NCBI GenBank assembly: GCA_965649765.1
Contig: OZ287755.1
Coordinates: 46,500,001 to 46,564,000 of the forward strand
Direction of reading: 5' to 3'
From: Bispira polyomma
Taxonomy: Eukaryota
DNA: 64,000 nucleotides
Of this stretch, positions 49,151 through 62,046 are shown piece by piece (the stretch's first letter is position 1; each line of letters opens with the position of its first letter). The notes beneath the pieces are model-generated. The model saw only the letters and a list, made by a program, of their open reading frames with translations, was not told where the DNA came from and ran no database searches. The position numbers were made by a program, and so were the translations under genes.

Positions 49151-49676
49151 AAAAAACATTGCCTGCTTCCAAATGCCATTGAGGCACGTTCAATAATTAG
49201 AAATCAATGCTTCCTTGCAAATTAGAATAAGACAAAATCCACAAAATAGTTACTGAGCTATTTTTGTCTAAGACACAGTTGAACTCTAACGTCAGGAACT
49301 AATTTAATAAGTCTTTGTAACTAATCCTCAGGAGAAAAAAAATATTATTTTGTCCAAAGGCAACCAAGAGGTTTCCTGTAGTAACACTGATTGATTCAAT
49401 AAAAAAATGATCTTGTTGATTCATTACTATGAATAATTTAGAATTCTTTCAAACCTTCCAAATGTAACAGGAAGGTCAGTTGGTATTGCTCTTAAAGTAA
49501 AGGTTAATTTATTATGTTTACATATACATGAATGTTCTGGCTGTCTCCCATTTATTAGCCACATGTACATAAATCTTATAACCAACATGACACCTATTTC
49601 AAAGGTAAGACAATGATTCAATGTCGTTTTTTGTAATATAATCTTAATTACAAGTTTGTGTTCGATGTCCGTATAC

Positions 49677-50324
49677 CCCTGTGCCACTGTCAAAATAGAT
49701 CGGAAGCAGCGCCCATTTTTGATACCCCGCCCTTAATCATGTAGCTCTAGGATTGATCTGGACAGTCAGGGTCGTAATCCTACCCATCCAGGGAGCAAAT
49801 AACCTGCTCGCGAAGTTTCTAAACATGTTCAGAAAATGCCCCGATTTGCAATTTTACCCCCTCTGGGCCAGGATAATCGGGAGTACCCCCGAGTAACCAC
49901 CCAGGTCGATCTGGGTGTATTTCTCCCTCCATCCCACTAAAACAACAAAATGAAATATTCATTGGTGTAAAGATCAACCTGGGTGACTTCCCGATTGTAA
50001 GGATCAATCTGGGTGATTTTCCCGATCATTAGGATCAACCTGGGAGACTTTCCCAATTGTTAGGATAAACCTGGGTGACTTTCCCGATTGTTAGGATCAA
50101 CCTGGGTGACTTTCCCGATTATTAGAATCAAAATGGGTGGCTTGTTGCAGTTGAATCGTTGGGTCCTTCAAGATCACCCTGGCATACCCCAGGATTATCT
50201 GGAGCATTTTAAAAAATTCAAGGTATTTTCTGTCACAGCAGGTGGTCCAGAGGATTCAGCAGGGTGCCACCAAAATTTTAAAAATCGGTGCTGCTCCAGA
50301 TCATCCTTGACTGTGGAACAGCCC
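49677..50324. mobile_element. Foldback-like MITE with long imperfect inverted arms and an internal ~31-bp tandem array (49971-50130)
   Basis: Three nested inverted pairs: CTGTGCCACTGTCAA / TTGACTGTGGAACAG, GATCGGAAGCAGCGCCCATTTT / AAAATCGGTGCTGCTCCAGATC, and CCAGGATAATC / GATTATCTGG. About 5 copies of GGATCAACCTGGGTGACTTTCCCGATTGTTA lie inside. Confidence 0.7.
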
Positions 50325-52017
50325 GTTAATGTTATTTTTTTCAATTCTTTATTTTATCCTAGACTATGACACATAATCAGTTTTATTACCTTGTTAATTT
50401 AAAATCAGCATTACTTTTTTGTGGGTGATCCTTAGCAAGTAAATAAAACTGCAATAATCTAATAAACTAGCATTAAGCTTAAGTGATTTTATTCATTAAT
50501 TGTTTAGCATTTGTTTTGTTCCATATATTTTTAGAGATGAAAATGATTGCAATAGACTCTGCAATACGGCTGGTCAGAATTTGGTCAGAATAGCTATTTA
50601 TAGAAAAAAATTATTTCTTTCTACAAAATGTTAGGGAGGATTTTTCTACTTATGTAGTCTGTTCACGCCATTGTCACTGATTCCACTGGTCCTAGAAAAT
50701 TTATTAACACCAGGCTCAAAATGTCAGACTGGCTGTTAATGCGCTCATGTCGGTGACAGACTACTTTAAGACAGCCACTGAATAAGTGGCAGAGTCTCCA
50801 CTCCATTTACACAGTCTTGTCATTTGCAAGCATTAGCTGGCTATTTATTTGCAGGCCATCATAATGGAAAGCTATGCATATAACATTTTAGACTGATTTA
50901 TATATAGATTAACACAGTCTTAAAACATATTTATCAAAAGGCTAAAAAATTTTCTTTATAAAATTACTGATTCTTATTTATTTACCTGTAGTTTAATTAC
51001 CACATATGTGTATTATAAAATAATGTTTTGACTTTTAAATATATATTTTGTCTTATAACCATCACACGGACATCATGTTAATGTTAAAACTAGACCGAAT
51101 AAATATAGTGATAAATTTGTGCTATTTCTTTTCAAGTCAAGTATGCACAGTTTTTTCCTGTTCATTAACAACCTCTATCTTGTCAGATAAATGTTCAAAG
51201 GTAACCTAGACCACCACATTGAGTATGAACAGCTGATAAATCACACAGAACATCGAGCTATTCAAGTGATATGAATTACAGAAAAGGACTTACATAAAAA
51301 TCCTATTTTAATATCACATGTTTAGGGTCCATACTATCTGTGGTAAAGGTATCTCAAATGGCTGCATTCAAAGTGGTGGTCTATAAGTGACAGGAAGTGG
51401 CGTCATACATTGACATCATGATGGAAACTGTCCATATGTTAGCTTGACTGTAACTTTACATTACACCATTCGTCCACTATTGTAGAGAGTGACATTACAC
51501 AAAGTCACGTGAGGTTTGTTTTATAAACATGTGATTCTGTGTTTTTAACTTAACTCAATAACTCAATTTTATATTTTAGTTAAAAGCTAAAGTCAATGAC
51601 AATCTTGAGTATTTAACAGTTGCGTGCATATTCATGATAATACTTCTAATGAGAGACTATTTCTCAAAAACATTTGAGATATATTATGACATTTCTATTA
51701 AGAGACCATTTCCATATATTCGATCAACATATCCCTTCAGTGCCCTACCTTATGACCTTGAGGATGTGGTGTAACACAGATAAGTAAAAGAGGTAGGTTG
51801 GGAGTTTTAGTTTCAGTCGCTTTCAAAAGTGGGTATATGACCTTCAAGGTCAGAAGTGATGACCTTGCAGGTTAGGAATTATGATTGTGACCTTGAGTTG
51901 ATAAATTTGATGCAGTTTGGGATGAATTTTATTGTCATCAATAAAATTTCTATATACAGCTCTATACAAAAATTTTAAGGTTAAAATTTTTAGAAAATGC
52001 CAAAGCCAAATTAAAAG

Positions 52018-52988
52018 TTAGAGGGGATGATGGCAGCAAAGGTGGTAGGGATAATTGAAGCTATGAGAGGTAGCTTGAAGGTATGACCAAACTGCATCAG
52101 ATTTCCAACAACCATGTTTTTGTATGTGTTGTAACTTAATGTTAGAATTAAAAGCTAGTGAAGCACCTGATCTTCTAAAACAATGGAATGAGTGACCTTC
52201 ATGTGGTATTTGACTCTGTGTAAGTGTGTGTTTAAGGGCAAGCCTTAGTTTTGAATCTGTGAGGCATTTGCCTTGTTGTGTTGGGTCAGCCAACAGTGGG
52301 GCTGTCTCTTTCAGTGGGTATTTTTGAAACAACTGTGTAAATGCCTTAACTGGGCACAGCCAGTGGTTGCTTAATCCTGGGAGTTGTATAATATCAGGTG
52401 TATTTCTACTTTGGTTGGTTTTCGACCATTTCAATATCAGGTGTATTCCTGGTGGTGCAAAAATTATATCTGACCTTGTTATGTGTCGAGTTAGGTCAAA
52501 ATCTACACCAGAGGTAGTTGTTAGGTTTGAAATTCTTAAGAAACCAAAGAGGGCAAAAAGAAATGCTGTCCTGAACAGCTCAGGAAAGTGTAATGAGTTA
52601 CAATTTTTTGAAATCTGTTGTAATTGATGTAAATCAAAGACACCTTTGACCTTTGGTGTAAAGTTTGAGGTGAGTTGTAGTGACCTCAAATATAATGATA
52701 ACCTTTGGTCATATAGACCAGTTTGGTGTATGTTGAAAACTTTACAGTTGTGTCTGAGGGCTGAAAGGTAGTTATTTATGACTTGATAAGAAATTCCAGT
52801 TTGTGTCAGGAATTCAAGGAATGCAATTATGCTGGTATAGCCAAAAGTGTCCTTAAAATCATAATATATGGTGAAACTCAAGAATAATCTAAATTGATTG
52901 TCATATAATCTTGTCGTACGTGGTCTAAGGCTTTGTCGTATCCTTTCTCCTGCTGTCTGTACTAGACGTCTAGCTATAGCTGGTGTAT
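52018..52988 (-). CDS. Tyrosine recombinase of element 2 (frame open from splice acceptor at 52989; probable +1 shift in the C-terminal tail)
   Basis: LFGFLRISNL, KWSKT, HCFRRSGA and HGCWKSDAVWSYL. The upstream in-frame segment reads TPAIARRLVQTAGERIRQSLRPRTTRLYDNQFRLFLSF. Confidence 0.88.
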
Positions 52989-52999
52989 CTGAAAATATA

Positions 53000-55600
53000 T
53001 TATATTTCTGTGTCCATTATAAACATGTCAATTGGTATGTCTTTAATGTCCAAGTTACCTAATAGTAAGTTTTCCTTATGCTGTCCATAATGTCCTGGTT
53101 CGTACCACCTAGATAGTGTGTCGGCTATTGTGTTATCCTTTCCAGGGATATGCTCTATCATTAAGTCAATATTTTGGTGAGCACACAACAGCCATATATT
53201 CCTTAAACATAGTCCTAAAAATTCGTCTCGTGTCCTGGATGAGCTAACCACAGCTACCACTGCCATATTGTCTGATAAAACTTTTATCTTTTTGTTTTTC
53301 ATTTCGGGTGACCACAGTTTTAGTGCTATTAGGACACTTACCATTTCAAAATGTACTATAGTTAGGGTTTGAGTCAAAAATATTGGTAGTGCTGTCTTAA
53401 ATGCTTTGTTTCCAGATACTCCACCAATACCTGTTAAGCAAACGTCTACCTGAAAGAGTACTTCATGGGTTTTGTTTTTGAAGCTGTATTTAGTCGTTCC
53501 ATTAAATTTTAGCAAGAATTTAATAAACCACTGTAAGTCCTTCTTAAAATTACTATCCAAATGAATTTTTGCACTACTTTTTGAATTCCTTAATAAAGAT
53601 AGCATGCGATTCATGAATATCCTTGCTGGTTTCACACATCTGTGTACATAGAGGAGTTTACCCAAGAGGGACTGATACTTGTATTTGGGTACTTTGGTTA
53701 GATTTTCAAAGGTGATGCATTCTTTATATATTGAAACCAATTTATCTTGATCTATACTCAATGTTTCTTCATTGATATCAATGGTTATACCCATGCAGGT
53801 AACCAGTTTACTGGGTGGCACAAGTTTCTTTTTGTTAAGGGGTAAACCTATGTCATTTAGAAGTTGTTGTAACATAATGTATGCTAAATCTGCTGTGTTT
53901 TCATTTTCTATAATAAGAAAATCGTCTATGTAGTTAAAGACTGTGAAACCTTTTTTGTTTCATAATGAATCTTATTGCGTCTGATGCCATCATAAAAATG
54001 GTAGTGCCATGAGTTAATCCAAAAGTTAGGCTTAAATCTATGTAGTGTCTGTCTTTCCAAAAATAGCCTAATTTTAAACAATCAAATGGATCCATTCTTA
54101 AATTTCTAAATGCATGCGCAATGTCCACCTTTGCTATGGTAGCTGTATCACCTAAATTTTTAATGTAAGCAGTGATCATGTCGATGGTGGGTAATCTTAA
54201 GTCAAATCTGACACCGTCATATTCAGTCTTTACTGTACAATCATTCACTGAATGCCCCTTTGGGTATGACAGGTCTAAAATTAGTCTCCTTTGATCAGTG
54301 TCCTTAGGTCTGGTCAGTAGAGGTGAACAATGTAGGTCTTCATGTAAATGTTCATTATTTGCTTCTATAATAGTACCTTTTGTAATTTCTGTCAAAAAGT
54401 ATTTATCAATTTCTTTAGGAAAAATTTTTGCTGAATAATGATTTTTGAAATATTTTTGTTTTATTCTATCTCTCTCATATATTGAAATAGGGAAACCAAA
54501 TTCCAAATATTGTAGTAGGATTTGATTTGGGTAATCTCTTAAATGTTTCTTCCAATTGTCTATATTTAAATTACATTCAATTGGGATTCGTGATAATTTG
54601 TAGTTTGGTTGTTTTATTCTCTTAATAGTTTCAGCTATGTCGACTAATTTTTCATAAGAATTTATGTTCACACTCTGTCTGGTTGGTCCTATGAATTGGA
54701 AGTCTTTAAAGCTACAAGGGACAAAACCATAAGCCCTTTCCTTATTGTCTTTCTTATAATAGTCTTCATTTTCTAACACTGTTTCCAAGTATGTCCTGTA
54801 TTTCCTTTGAAGTCTGGTTCCTTATTGGAGTCCTGTATGACTATGTTGTCCTGTTTTGTTATAATGCCATCTAAATCATAATGTTGTGATAGAAGTTTTT
54901 TATGTGTTATTTCTTTCTTTTGTGTATGTTTGTGTGTGTGTTCATTTGTCTGCTGTTGACATATTTTATCAACGATATTTAAGTAATAATCAGTATTACT
55001 CATTTTTTTTCTTGTGTGTGTGTTTCTATTCGTGTTTGTAAACTGTTGTCTTTTGTTATTCTTTATAACAGTGGTCTTTGTTATAATCTCAGTTCTAATG
55101 GTGATAACATATGTGACTGGCCACATGTGTTGAAGTTTCTTATTTGTCATGTTAAAATTCTGTTAGTCGTCCTTATATGTTAAGTTATAAACTCCTGAAA
55201 AACATGCATCACTTTGACATACAATATAATACAATGGTTCCATGACACTGTGTGGCTGTCCACTGGTCATGTAGATATCAATGTTAGAAAACTGTTTACT
55301 ATCTTTAAGTTCATTGTCAATCTCAGTCATTATCTCAGAATTATCTGAGTTATTGTCAATCTCAGTCATTATCTCAGAATTATCTGAGTTAAAAGTAGCT
55401 TCATTAACACTGCTACTTTCATTGTCATTACATTTCACTGCTATTACATTATCAAATGAATTAAAATGGTCCTCATTGTTCGTCCTTAACTTTTTGTGAA
55501 TTTCATTGTCATATACTGTGTTAATTTTTGAACTCTCCCTTTCACTATTATACACTGACGTATCGACCCTGGTGGTGCTGGCTGATGTTAGCTGGATGTC
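53000..55600 (-). pseudogene. pol: Disrupted pol (RT + RNase H) of element 2
   Basis: Fragments 55163-55555, 54773-55150, 53934-54788 (KVDIAHAFRNL) and 53000-53875 (HIPGKDNTIADTLSR). There is an in-frame stop at 55163, and YIDD is recovered only after removing one A from the run at ~53951. Confidence 0.9.
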
Positions 55601-56932
55601 CTATTGAGTAGTCGTTGTTCCTGGCTTTCCATGTAGCTTATAACATTTACTTTCAGGGTGTGGATTGAACCTCTTGTTGACCTTAAAACAATTCGCACAA
55701 GCGTGTTTGAAGGTTGCTGTCGCCCCCTCATGGTCTCCTTTGTGTTGGCATTGGCCTTTCTGGAAATGCTTACAGGGGATATCTAGTTTCTTTGTAGACG
55801 AAGTGACGTCAGACGTGGAGGTGTTCGATAGTAGCGCTTGAGAGTAGGATAGATGATTCATTGTCCATCTGGTATCTTCAGTCCAAGTTAGGTGACCCTC
55901 TTCAATGTCGTGCATATTTGAAGTGTATGCACCGCGTGCTACTTGCCAAGAAATATTAGCAGCATCTTTTAAGGTATTGGTGAGGTGCTTTAGCATAGCT
56001 CTGGAAGTTACTGGGTTTTTCACTTCTAAAGCATTCTGAAGTTGTCTGGCTGCGAATTGTGCCACTGTTAATTTGTCGTAAGACACACGTTTCTTACTGA
56101 CTCCAGTGAGACATCCCTCATTTGGCCACCTTAGCGACAGATCAGTGGTGCAAATTTCAGAGACGTTAAACCGGCCTGATTTACGTTTTGCAGAAAGCAG
56201 CTTACCTTGGAAAGTTTCGTCGTTCGCCCAAGCTCCATACTGTGCTAACCTTTGGCTGACTTCGTTTTGTATAATCGACGATTGTTTTAAAACTTCTGTG
56301 CTGGGGATGATGCTGTCTTGTAGAGCACGTTGTGGAAAGGTGTCTCCTATTGGTTGTTGTACTGGTATGTTTGCACTACACGAGCACTGATGATTACCTT
56401 GAATTAACTGTGTAGGAACGACGTACGTGTCGCGAACACGTTCCTGACCTAGTCCTTCTGACGTGTTAGGTGTAGGTAATAATGGGTTATTACGGCGAGG
56501 TACTGTAATTGTGGCATTCGCTCCAGGTCTCGGTGCTGGTATGGGGTGTTGGTAACAGGCATCTGGAGCTGTCCGAAGTTCACTCCTGGGGTTCGGTTCG
56601 ACTGCGACTGGTTGTTTGTGTACATTAGATGTGTCGTTTTTAAGGCTAGAGACGTCCTCTTGCAATTTTGAAACTGTTTTTACTAGCATTTCCATCATGG
56701 ATTGCTGCCTTTCATAGCCTTCTCGATAGAAATCTCTGTTGCTTTGTGTATCTGCCCTCTCGAGAGAGTCTACTATGGGGGAAGTATCTTCATCAACCAT
56801 ACTCACAGTACTGTGTAAGACGTTTTCTCCAGTATTCAGCTTACATTTGATTCTGACAGGGCGTTCATGTACAATAGCACACCTTGAGCACAAAGCCGTA
56901 TCTGTCGTGTTTCTTTTCTTTCCACGACCCAT
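55601..56932 (-). CDS. gag: Intact Gag-like protein of element 2 (443 aa)
   Basis: N-terminal CxxC..H..C motif, then KRKSGRFN, LRWPNEGC and CKHFQKGQCQHKGDH..HACANC..HPESKC. Confidence 0.88.
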   Translation of the reverse strand: MGRGKKRNTTDTALCSRCAIVHERPVRIKCKLNTGENVLHSTVSMVDEDTSPIVDSLERADTQSNRDFYREGYERQQSMMEMLVKTVSKLQEDVSSLKNDTSNVHKQPVAVEPNPRSELRTAPDACYQHPIPAPRPGANATITVPRRNNPLLPTPNTSEGLGQERVRDTYVVPTQLIQGNHQCSCSANIPVQQPIGDTFPQRALQDSIIPSTEVLKQSSIIQNEVSQRLAQYGAWANDETFQGKLLSAKRKSGRFNVSEICTTDLSLRWPNEGCLTGVSKKRVSYDKLTVAQFAARQLQNALEVKNPVTSRAMLKHLTNTLKDAANISWQVARGAYTSNMHDIEEGHLTWTEDTRWTMNHLSYSQALLSNTSTSDVTSSTKKLDIPCKHFQKGQCQHKGDHEGATATFKHACANCFKVNKRFNPHPESKCYKLHGKPGTTTTQ

Positions 56933-57333
56933 AACACACAGTTAATAGTACGTATAATGTAAAATATAAATCATAAAATCTTATTCTATAACAGAAAAAT
57001 TAAAAACCTTATGTAAAACACACTAAAATCACTTGTGTTTGTAAAATATTTCATAAAATCCAATATGGCTTCCTTTTCTTCAAAATTTTTTACTTGTTGT
57101 CTCGTTGCTTTCAAATTTTATAATGCTAACATAATAGGAAAGGTGAGAAAACGCCCAGGAATCGAAGTATTTGATTGGTTTTAATCTGCCATCTGATTGG
57201 CTTTAGGTTGGTATACAAATAATCTTACAGTAAACTTCTACTTTTTAGCGCCTGAAATGCCATGCGGACTTAAGGTCTGCAGTGACGTTCAAATTTTCTA
57301 TGTTATGACTAGAATTTATTTACATACTGAGAC

Positions 57334-57638
57334 GTGGGGCCACCTTAGCACCATGAGGTTAAATTTGAAAAAATGAGGAGATCTTAACTTGAAAAAGCGT
57401 CAAGATAAGATGACCCTATGAGTTTAAGTTAAGGGTACCCCTAACTTGAGGTTAGAGTTACCTAAAATTAAGTTTAAGTTTTAAATTAGGTAAACTTGAG
57501 TTTAAGTTTTTAATTTTTAGGGTAGCCTTAATTGACAGTTAGGGTTACCTAAGATTGAGATAAGATTTGGAAATTTGAGGTAATCTTATATTTAATTTAG
57601 GGTTGCCAAAAGAGATGTGGTAAGCTAAGGTGGCCCAC
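57334..57638. mobile_element. MITE with ~15-bp TIRs and internal AACTTGAGTTTAAGTT-like repeats
   Basis: GTGGGGCCACCTTAGC ... GCTAAGGTGGCCCAC. Confidence 0.7.
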
Positions 57639-57699
57639 ATTATTTATGTTTAACATTTGAATATAGTTTATTTGTATATAGTGTATGTAAATAAAGCCC

Positions 57700-58540
57700 C
57701 AAAGAGGAAAGAAGGACCTTGAAAGTACGAGCCACCTGTTCTGATGCATTATGATCCTGGACAATATATTTCCACACACAATCCGATGTCCAGGTGCCAT
57801 GACTTTAAATATCTTGAATTGGAACATTTTTATTGAATGCTGGGGTGGCACCAGAGCGTCGGAAGGTGTGGAAAGAAATGTTGGACTGGTGGAGGCCAAG
57901 ATGCCTCAAGATTTGAGCCAAATTACTCCTAACTTTGATGTCAATCATTAGGCACCATTCATTTTGTTTTTAGAATTGGAACAGAGGTGAGTTTTTATGT
58001 CCAGGAGTAATGGCTAGCACGGCCCTTGTAGCAGTGACCGGACAGAGAGTTGAACCATTAAGACTTGGTATTTTGAGTACTTCCACCTTATTCTTTGATT
58101 GTAAGGTCTTGGTCCATTTTATAATCAAATGTAGGCCCGCGGGAGCAAATAGTACATCTCCACGAGTCAATTGAACCAGAGGGGTGAATTATGAAGCAGC
58201 ATGGGGGATCAGATTGGAGATACGTAAGAAAGAAAAGAAAGGTGTTAAATAAATGGCCTTAAAGACTTGACCCATGTACATGGTGTCACATATTTGTATA
58301 ATTTGCTGTAAAAGTGGAATGTCGATGATAGCCTTAATTTTGGCCCTGAAGGGGCTGTTGAGAACTAGGGCTTTCTGGTAATATTTTATACGAGGGTATG
58401 AAAATGCTGAAACATCAAGGCCGAATAAAGCCATTTTTGCTTTTATTGCCGACGGATAATTAGCAATTAAAGAGGAGGATACATGGTTAACTACAAGAAA
58501 CTCTAGAAAAGCCAAGAGAATCAAAGGTAAGATACACTGA
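57700..58540 (-). pseudogene. Tyrosine recombinase remnant of element 3
   Basis: LLAFLEFL, FFSFLRISNL, KWTKTLQ, LCPV and FHTFRRSGA..HGTWTSDCVWKY, spread across frames. Confidence 0.85.
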
Positions 58541-58559
58541 GGCCTGACCTGTGAGAAAC

Positions 58560-61086
58560 TACAATGGGATGTGGTATTAAGTCTAGCAATTTGCCATTAT
58601 TATCAGCAGTCAAGTTCCACCTAGAAAGCAAATCCGTGACTGTATTGGGTCTACTTAGGATATGTATAGTCTTAAGAATAATGTCTACAGAGGCAACTTC
58701 CATGAAAATATTTCATGAGAGTTATTTCTTTGGTTTTACTAGAATTCAGAATTGTTACCACAGCTGCATTGTCACATTGCAAAATTAATCTCTTACCAGT
58801 CCAGGCTGATTTCCAGAGCCTAAAGTTTTGTTGTTTTTTTTCGTTTGTTTTTTTAATTTTGATATTTAATGTCCACTCTAGTACCTGTCTAGGTTATATT
58901 GGGACGGATAGTTGGAGACGCTGGAGGAAACACTGCATACAGTTTATCAAGGTTCTGCACTGAAAGCAGTGGCCCACAATAAGGAACTACCACCTTTCTC
59001 ACATAGGCATCGTCGGGATTCGAAATCACGCCGCCCAGAGGTGAGAGACCAGTGATTGTGAAGCGCAATGCTTGCTAACCACTAGGCCACCGCAGCCCAT
59101 CCAGAGCCTAATGGCAACCAGAATGTTCAGCATTTCAAGATGGACTATGGTGAGGTTTAGGTAACCGAGAGGGATTGAGAAATACACTTCATTGTTACAC
59201 CGACCCCCCATAACTTGGAGACAAGCGTCCAATTGAATGCATTGTACTAGTAAAATTGCTGGGTGAGCTGAATGTTTTGTTCAGCACCAACAGTTCTTAA
59301 TACATCTAACATGCGGTAGAGGAATACTCTTGACGTTCGTACACATTTAGAGACGTACAACAATTTACCTAGAATGGATTGGATTTCACGTTTACTACAG
59401 TCATCTTTGGATTCCCAATCCTGCACTAGAGCATGATTTCTGCAAGTTTTTCATCTGGCAAAAAAACTGTGATGTCCACTGTGTTTACTAGGACACCCAG
59501 ACACGTGACCCTAGTACTGGGATGAACCCACTTTTTATCATTGATAGCGAAACCTAATTCATCGAAGTAGACTGTGCAGTGTTTAAAACAAACGTAGTTG
59601 GTGACGTCATAGCCTTGTTTTTTTTATAATGAATCTAATGGTGTCACTTAGGTGTTGAAAGAAGGCACTTCAGTGCCGAAAACCGAAGGGCAGGCATGAA
59701 TCTACATAATATTTATCTAATTTTCAATGTAATAGGTGATAGTCAGCCTGGTCCATCTTTATGTGATGGAACGCACGACTAACGTCAATTTTGTAGAGAT
59801 GGGTACCTCGACCCAGGCGACAAATTTTGCTAGTGATAGTCTTATCCTTGGCTACTGCTGAGTTGACTGACTTCTCGTGAGGAAAACTCAAGTCTATGAT
59901 AACATGTTCATGTGCCCCACTCGGCTTTTTGTGAGTCATAAAGGGGGAGAATATGGAGATCTTTAAGTGGAATATTATCAAAATGGCCTAACATTGCTAC
60001 AAATTCTGTTTTCTTTTTCAGATATGCCTGGACATCATCCGGGTACTGCGAAGCCAACTGATAATTTATTCCATTGTGTGATAATTTACTACTTTTGGCA
60101 AAATCAAGCGGAAAACCATATCTTATGAGAAATGGTAGTTGCTTATCCCAGTAGTCGATTAAGTAAGTTTGCCAAACATCCAGTTTCAATTCAGATTAAA
60201 TTTCAATCTGAGGACCTGTGTAGTTAAACAATTAAGCTTTTTGATTGTACTATGGGTTTCCAATAGTGAGCCCCTTGGCTTGACTCGCTTATCCATTTCT
60301 GGTACATGAAGGTCTCCTAAGGGAATAAAACCATACTTATCTGCCGTCTGAGCATTCCAGCTTTAAAACTGGGGTTTGTTGTAGGCTTGCTTTATAAGTT
60401 CCCTGGTTTTAAGGGGCACTTGGAGTTCTAACTCATACTTGCCATTATTGCTAAGAGCATTGCCTATCGAGATATTCGGTTTTTGGTCGTATTCTTGTTT
60501 ACCCAGTACATTGTCACTGGTACTCTGGGTACCCACACCTATGTTGTCACTGACCCTGATCCCATCATTAATACCCATGTCACTTAGGGGAATGAACCTA
60601 TTCTTGGTGAGGACAACCCATTGTGTGTTTCTACCGATTTGGCTGAAGGCATTAACCTTTGTGAGGGGAGTAATGGATTTGTTCCTGGTGCCTATTTCCT
60701 AATTTCCTTGCACTCGTTTTTGTAAAAGGTGTGAACCCATTGTTTGCTTAACGTGGTGGGAGACGTATTGTTTGGCACCCTTGAGGCACCCTTGAGGGGT
60801 GTCTTGTATTTTTGTATGTGTGCTTTCACACTGGGTGCAACCCCATTTACCCTTCTTGACATACTTATCATGGCCAGCACCCCTGGAGGTAACCTCTCAC
60901 TTGGCTACTTCTGCATATGACTTATTCTTAAACCTTGCCCAGTCAGCCCTCCAGTGGGTACTGCCCATATCAATATCATTGGTACTATATACAGTTCTAC
61001 TTTGAAAAATGCACTAATTTTTATTGAGTCGCCACAACATTATTACTTGGAAGATATGGAAGGAGGCACCGCAGAAAGGCAGTGCC
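58560..61086 (-). pseudogene. pol: pol remnant of element 3, interrupted by a SINE
   Basis: YWDKQL..IRYGFPLDF, IIDLSFP, YKIDVSRAFHH, DACLQ..GG and HLEMLNILVAIRLW. Confidence 0.85.
58824..59099 (-). mobile_element. tRNA-derived SINE (same family as 45742) inserted in the RNase H of element 3; 12-bp TSD
   Basis: Reverse complement matches the 45742 SINE along its length. TSD TCCAGAGCCTAA at 58812-58823 and 59100-59111. Confidence 0.92.
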
Positions 61087-62046
61087 TTATTCCTTTTTTA
61101 GTAGATTCTTTCTGAAATCTTTGGCAGGGTGTGGATAAGACCTACCACTCTTGTAACACCCACTACACACATGCTATACATTACACATTTGGTTTCGTGT
61201 TCCCCCTTCTGGTGGCAAGTGTCTTTTTGAAAGTATCTACAAGGAGTACCTTTTTATTACTTTTCTTGGGATTGCTGCCATAACTATTCACATTACCTTA
61301 AGACATTACCTTCTGGGCATGAGCCCACCTGATTCTATCAATTTTGTTGGAATCCCCCCATGCAACCTTCCCTTCCTCCATCTTACAAAGGAGTACTGCG
61401 TGACTTCCCTTAGCAGAAACCCAAGAAAAGTCATGAGAGTCCTCCATCAATCGATTTTTAGTATCTATATTGTTCTCTTCTCTAGCAATGCTGGCAAAGC
61501 CAGCTACCCACTGGGCCATGGAGAGGGAATCATGAGAAACTCGGGACTTGTTTTGCCCAAAAGAATGAAACTTTGTGACCAGGAGGCCTTATTCCAAACC
61601 TAGACAGTTTCTGTGCCTCCATGCTGGGACTTCAACGTACCTGGCTCGTTTATCGCTACCAATTCTTTCAGGCGGGAGTCGACTGCGGTCTGCATAGTCT
61701 GTGAGGTGCGCAAGGTCTGTAATGTGGGAACCAGGAGCTCGTCCAGCCAGGCTGTGATCTGTGGTGTCTGCACTTGATTCTCCAGACTCATAGTATCCTT
61801 AGAGAGTTGGGCTCGATGTTCACTGTGATCAACTTTCTGTTCGACCTGGGTCAAACGACCACTTAAAGCTCTAAGTTTGTTTAGTATTTGTATGTTAATG
61901 TCAACAGAAGCCATACGGTCACTAGGAACAGAGTTCTGCACATTTGATTCCTCATCGACACCGATAGTCATATTACAGTCTTCGTCAACTGGTTTTACGT
62001 GGCTTGTGCCACATTTGCTACAGTCATATAGTTTTTGGGGGACCAT
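61087..62046 (-). pseudogene. gag: gag remnant of element 3
   Basis: CSKCGTSHVKPV..C, QWVAGF, LCKMEEGKVAW and CRYFQKDTCHQKGEH..HVCSGC..HPAKD; interrupted by stops and frameshifts. Confidence 0.8.

Larger units (their letters stand above)
51800..57290 (-). mobile_element. Second, diverged Ngaro-like YR retrotransposon (partly decayed; termini approximate)
   Basis: gag-pol-YR order on the - strand. The 3' region (TTTGGCTTTGGCATTTTCTAAAAATTTTAACC..AATAAA..CTCAAGGTCAC) resembles repeat B of element 1. I found no intact A2/B2. Confidence 0.88.

Noticed and set aside
49971-50130. CRISPR-like 31-bp repeats
   Set aside because: Units are directly adjacent with no unique spacers, there are no cas genes, and the context is eukaryotic.
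58545-58560. TTCTCACAG|G as the YR splice acceptor of element 3
   Set aside because: The phase does not match and the YR N-terminus seems deleted here, so only the donor is claimed for element 3.
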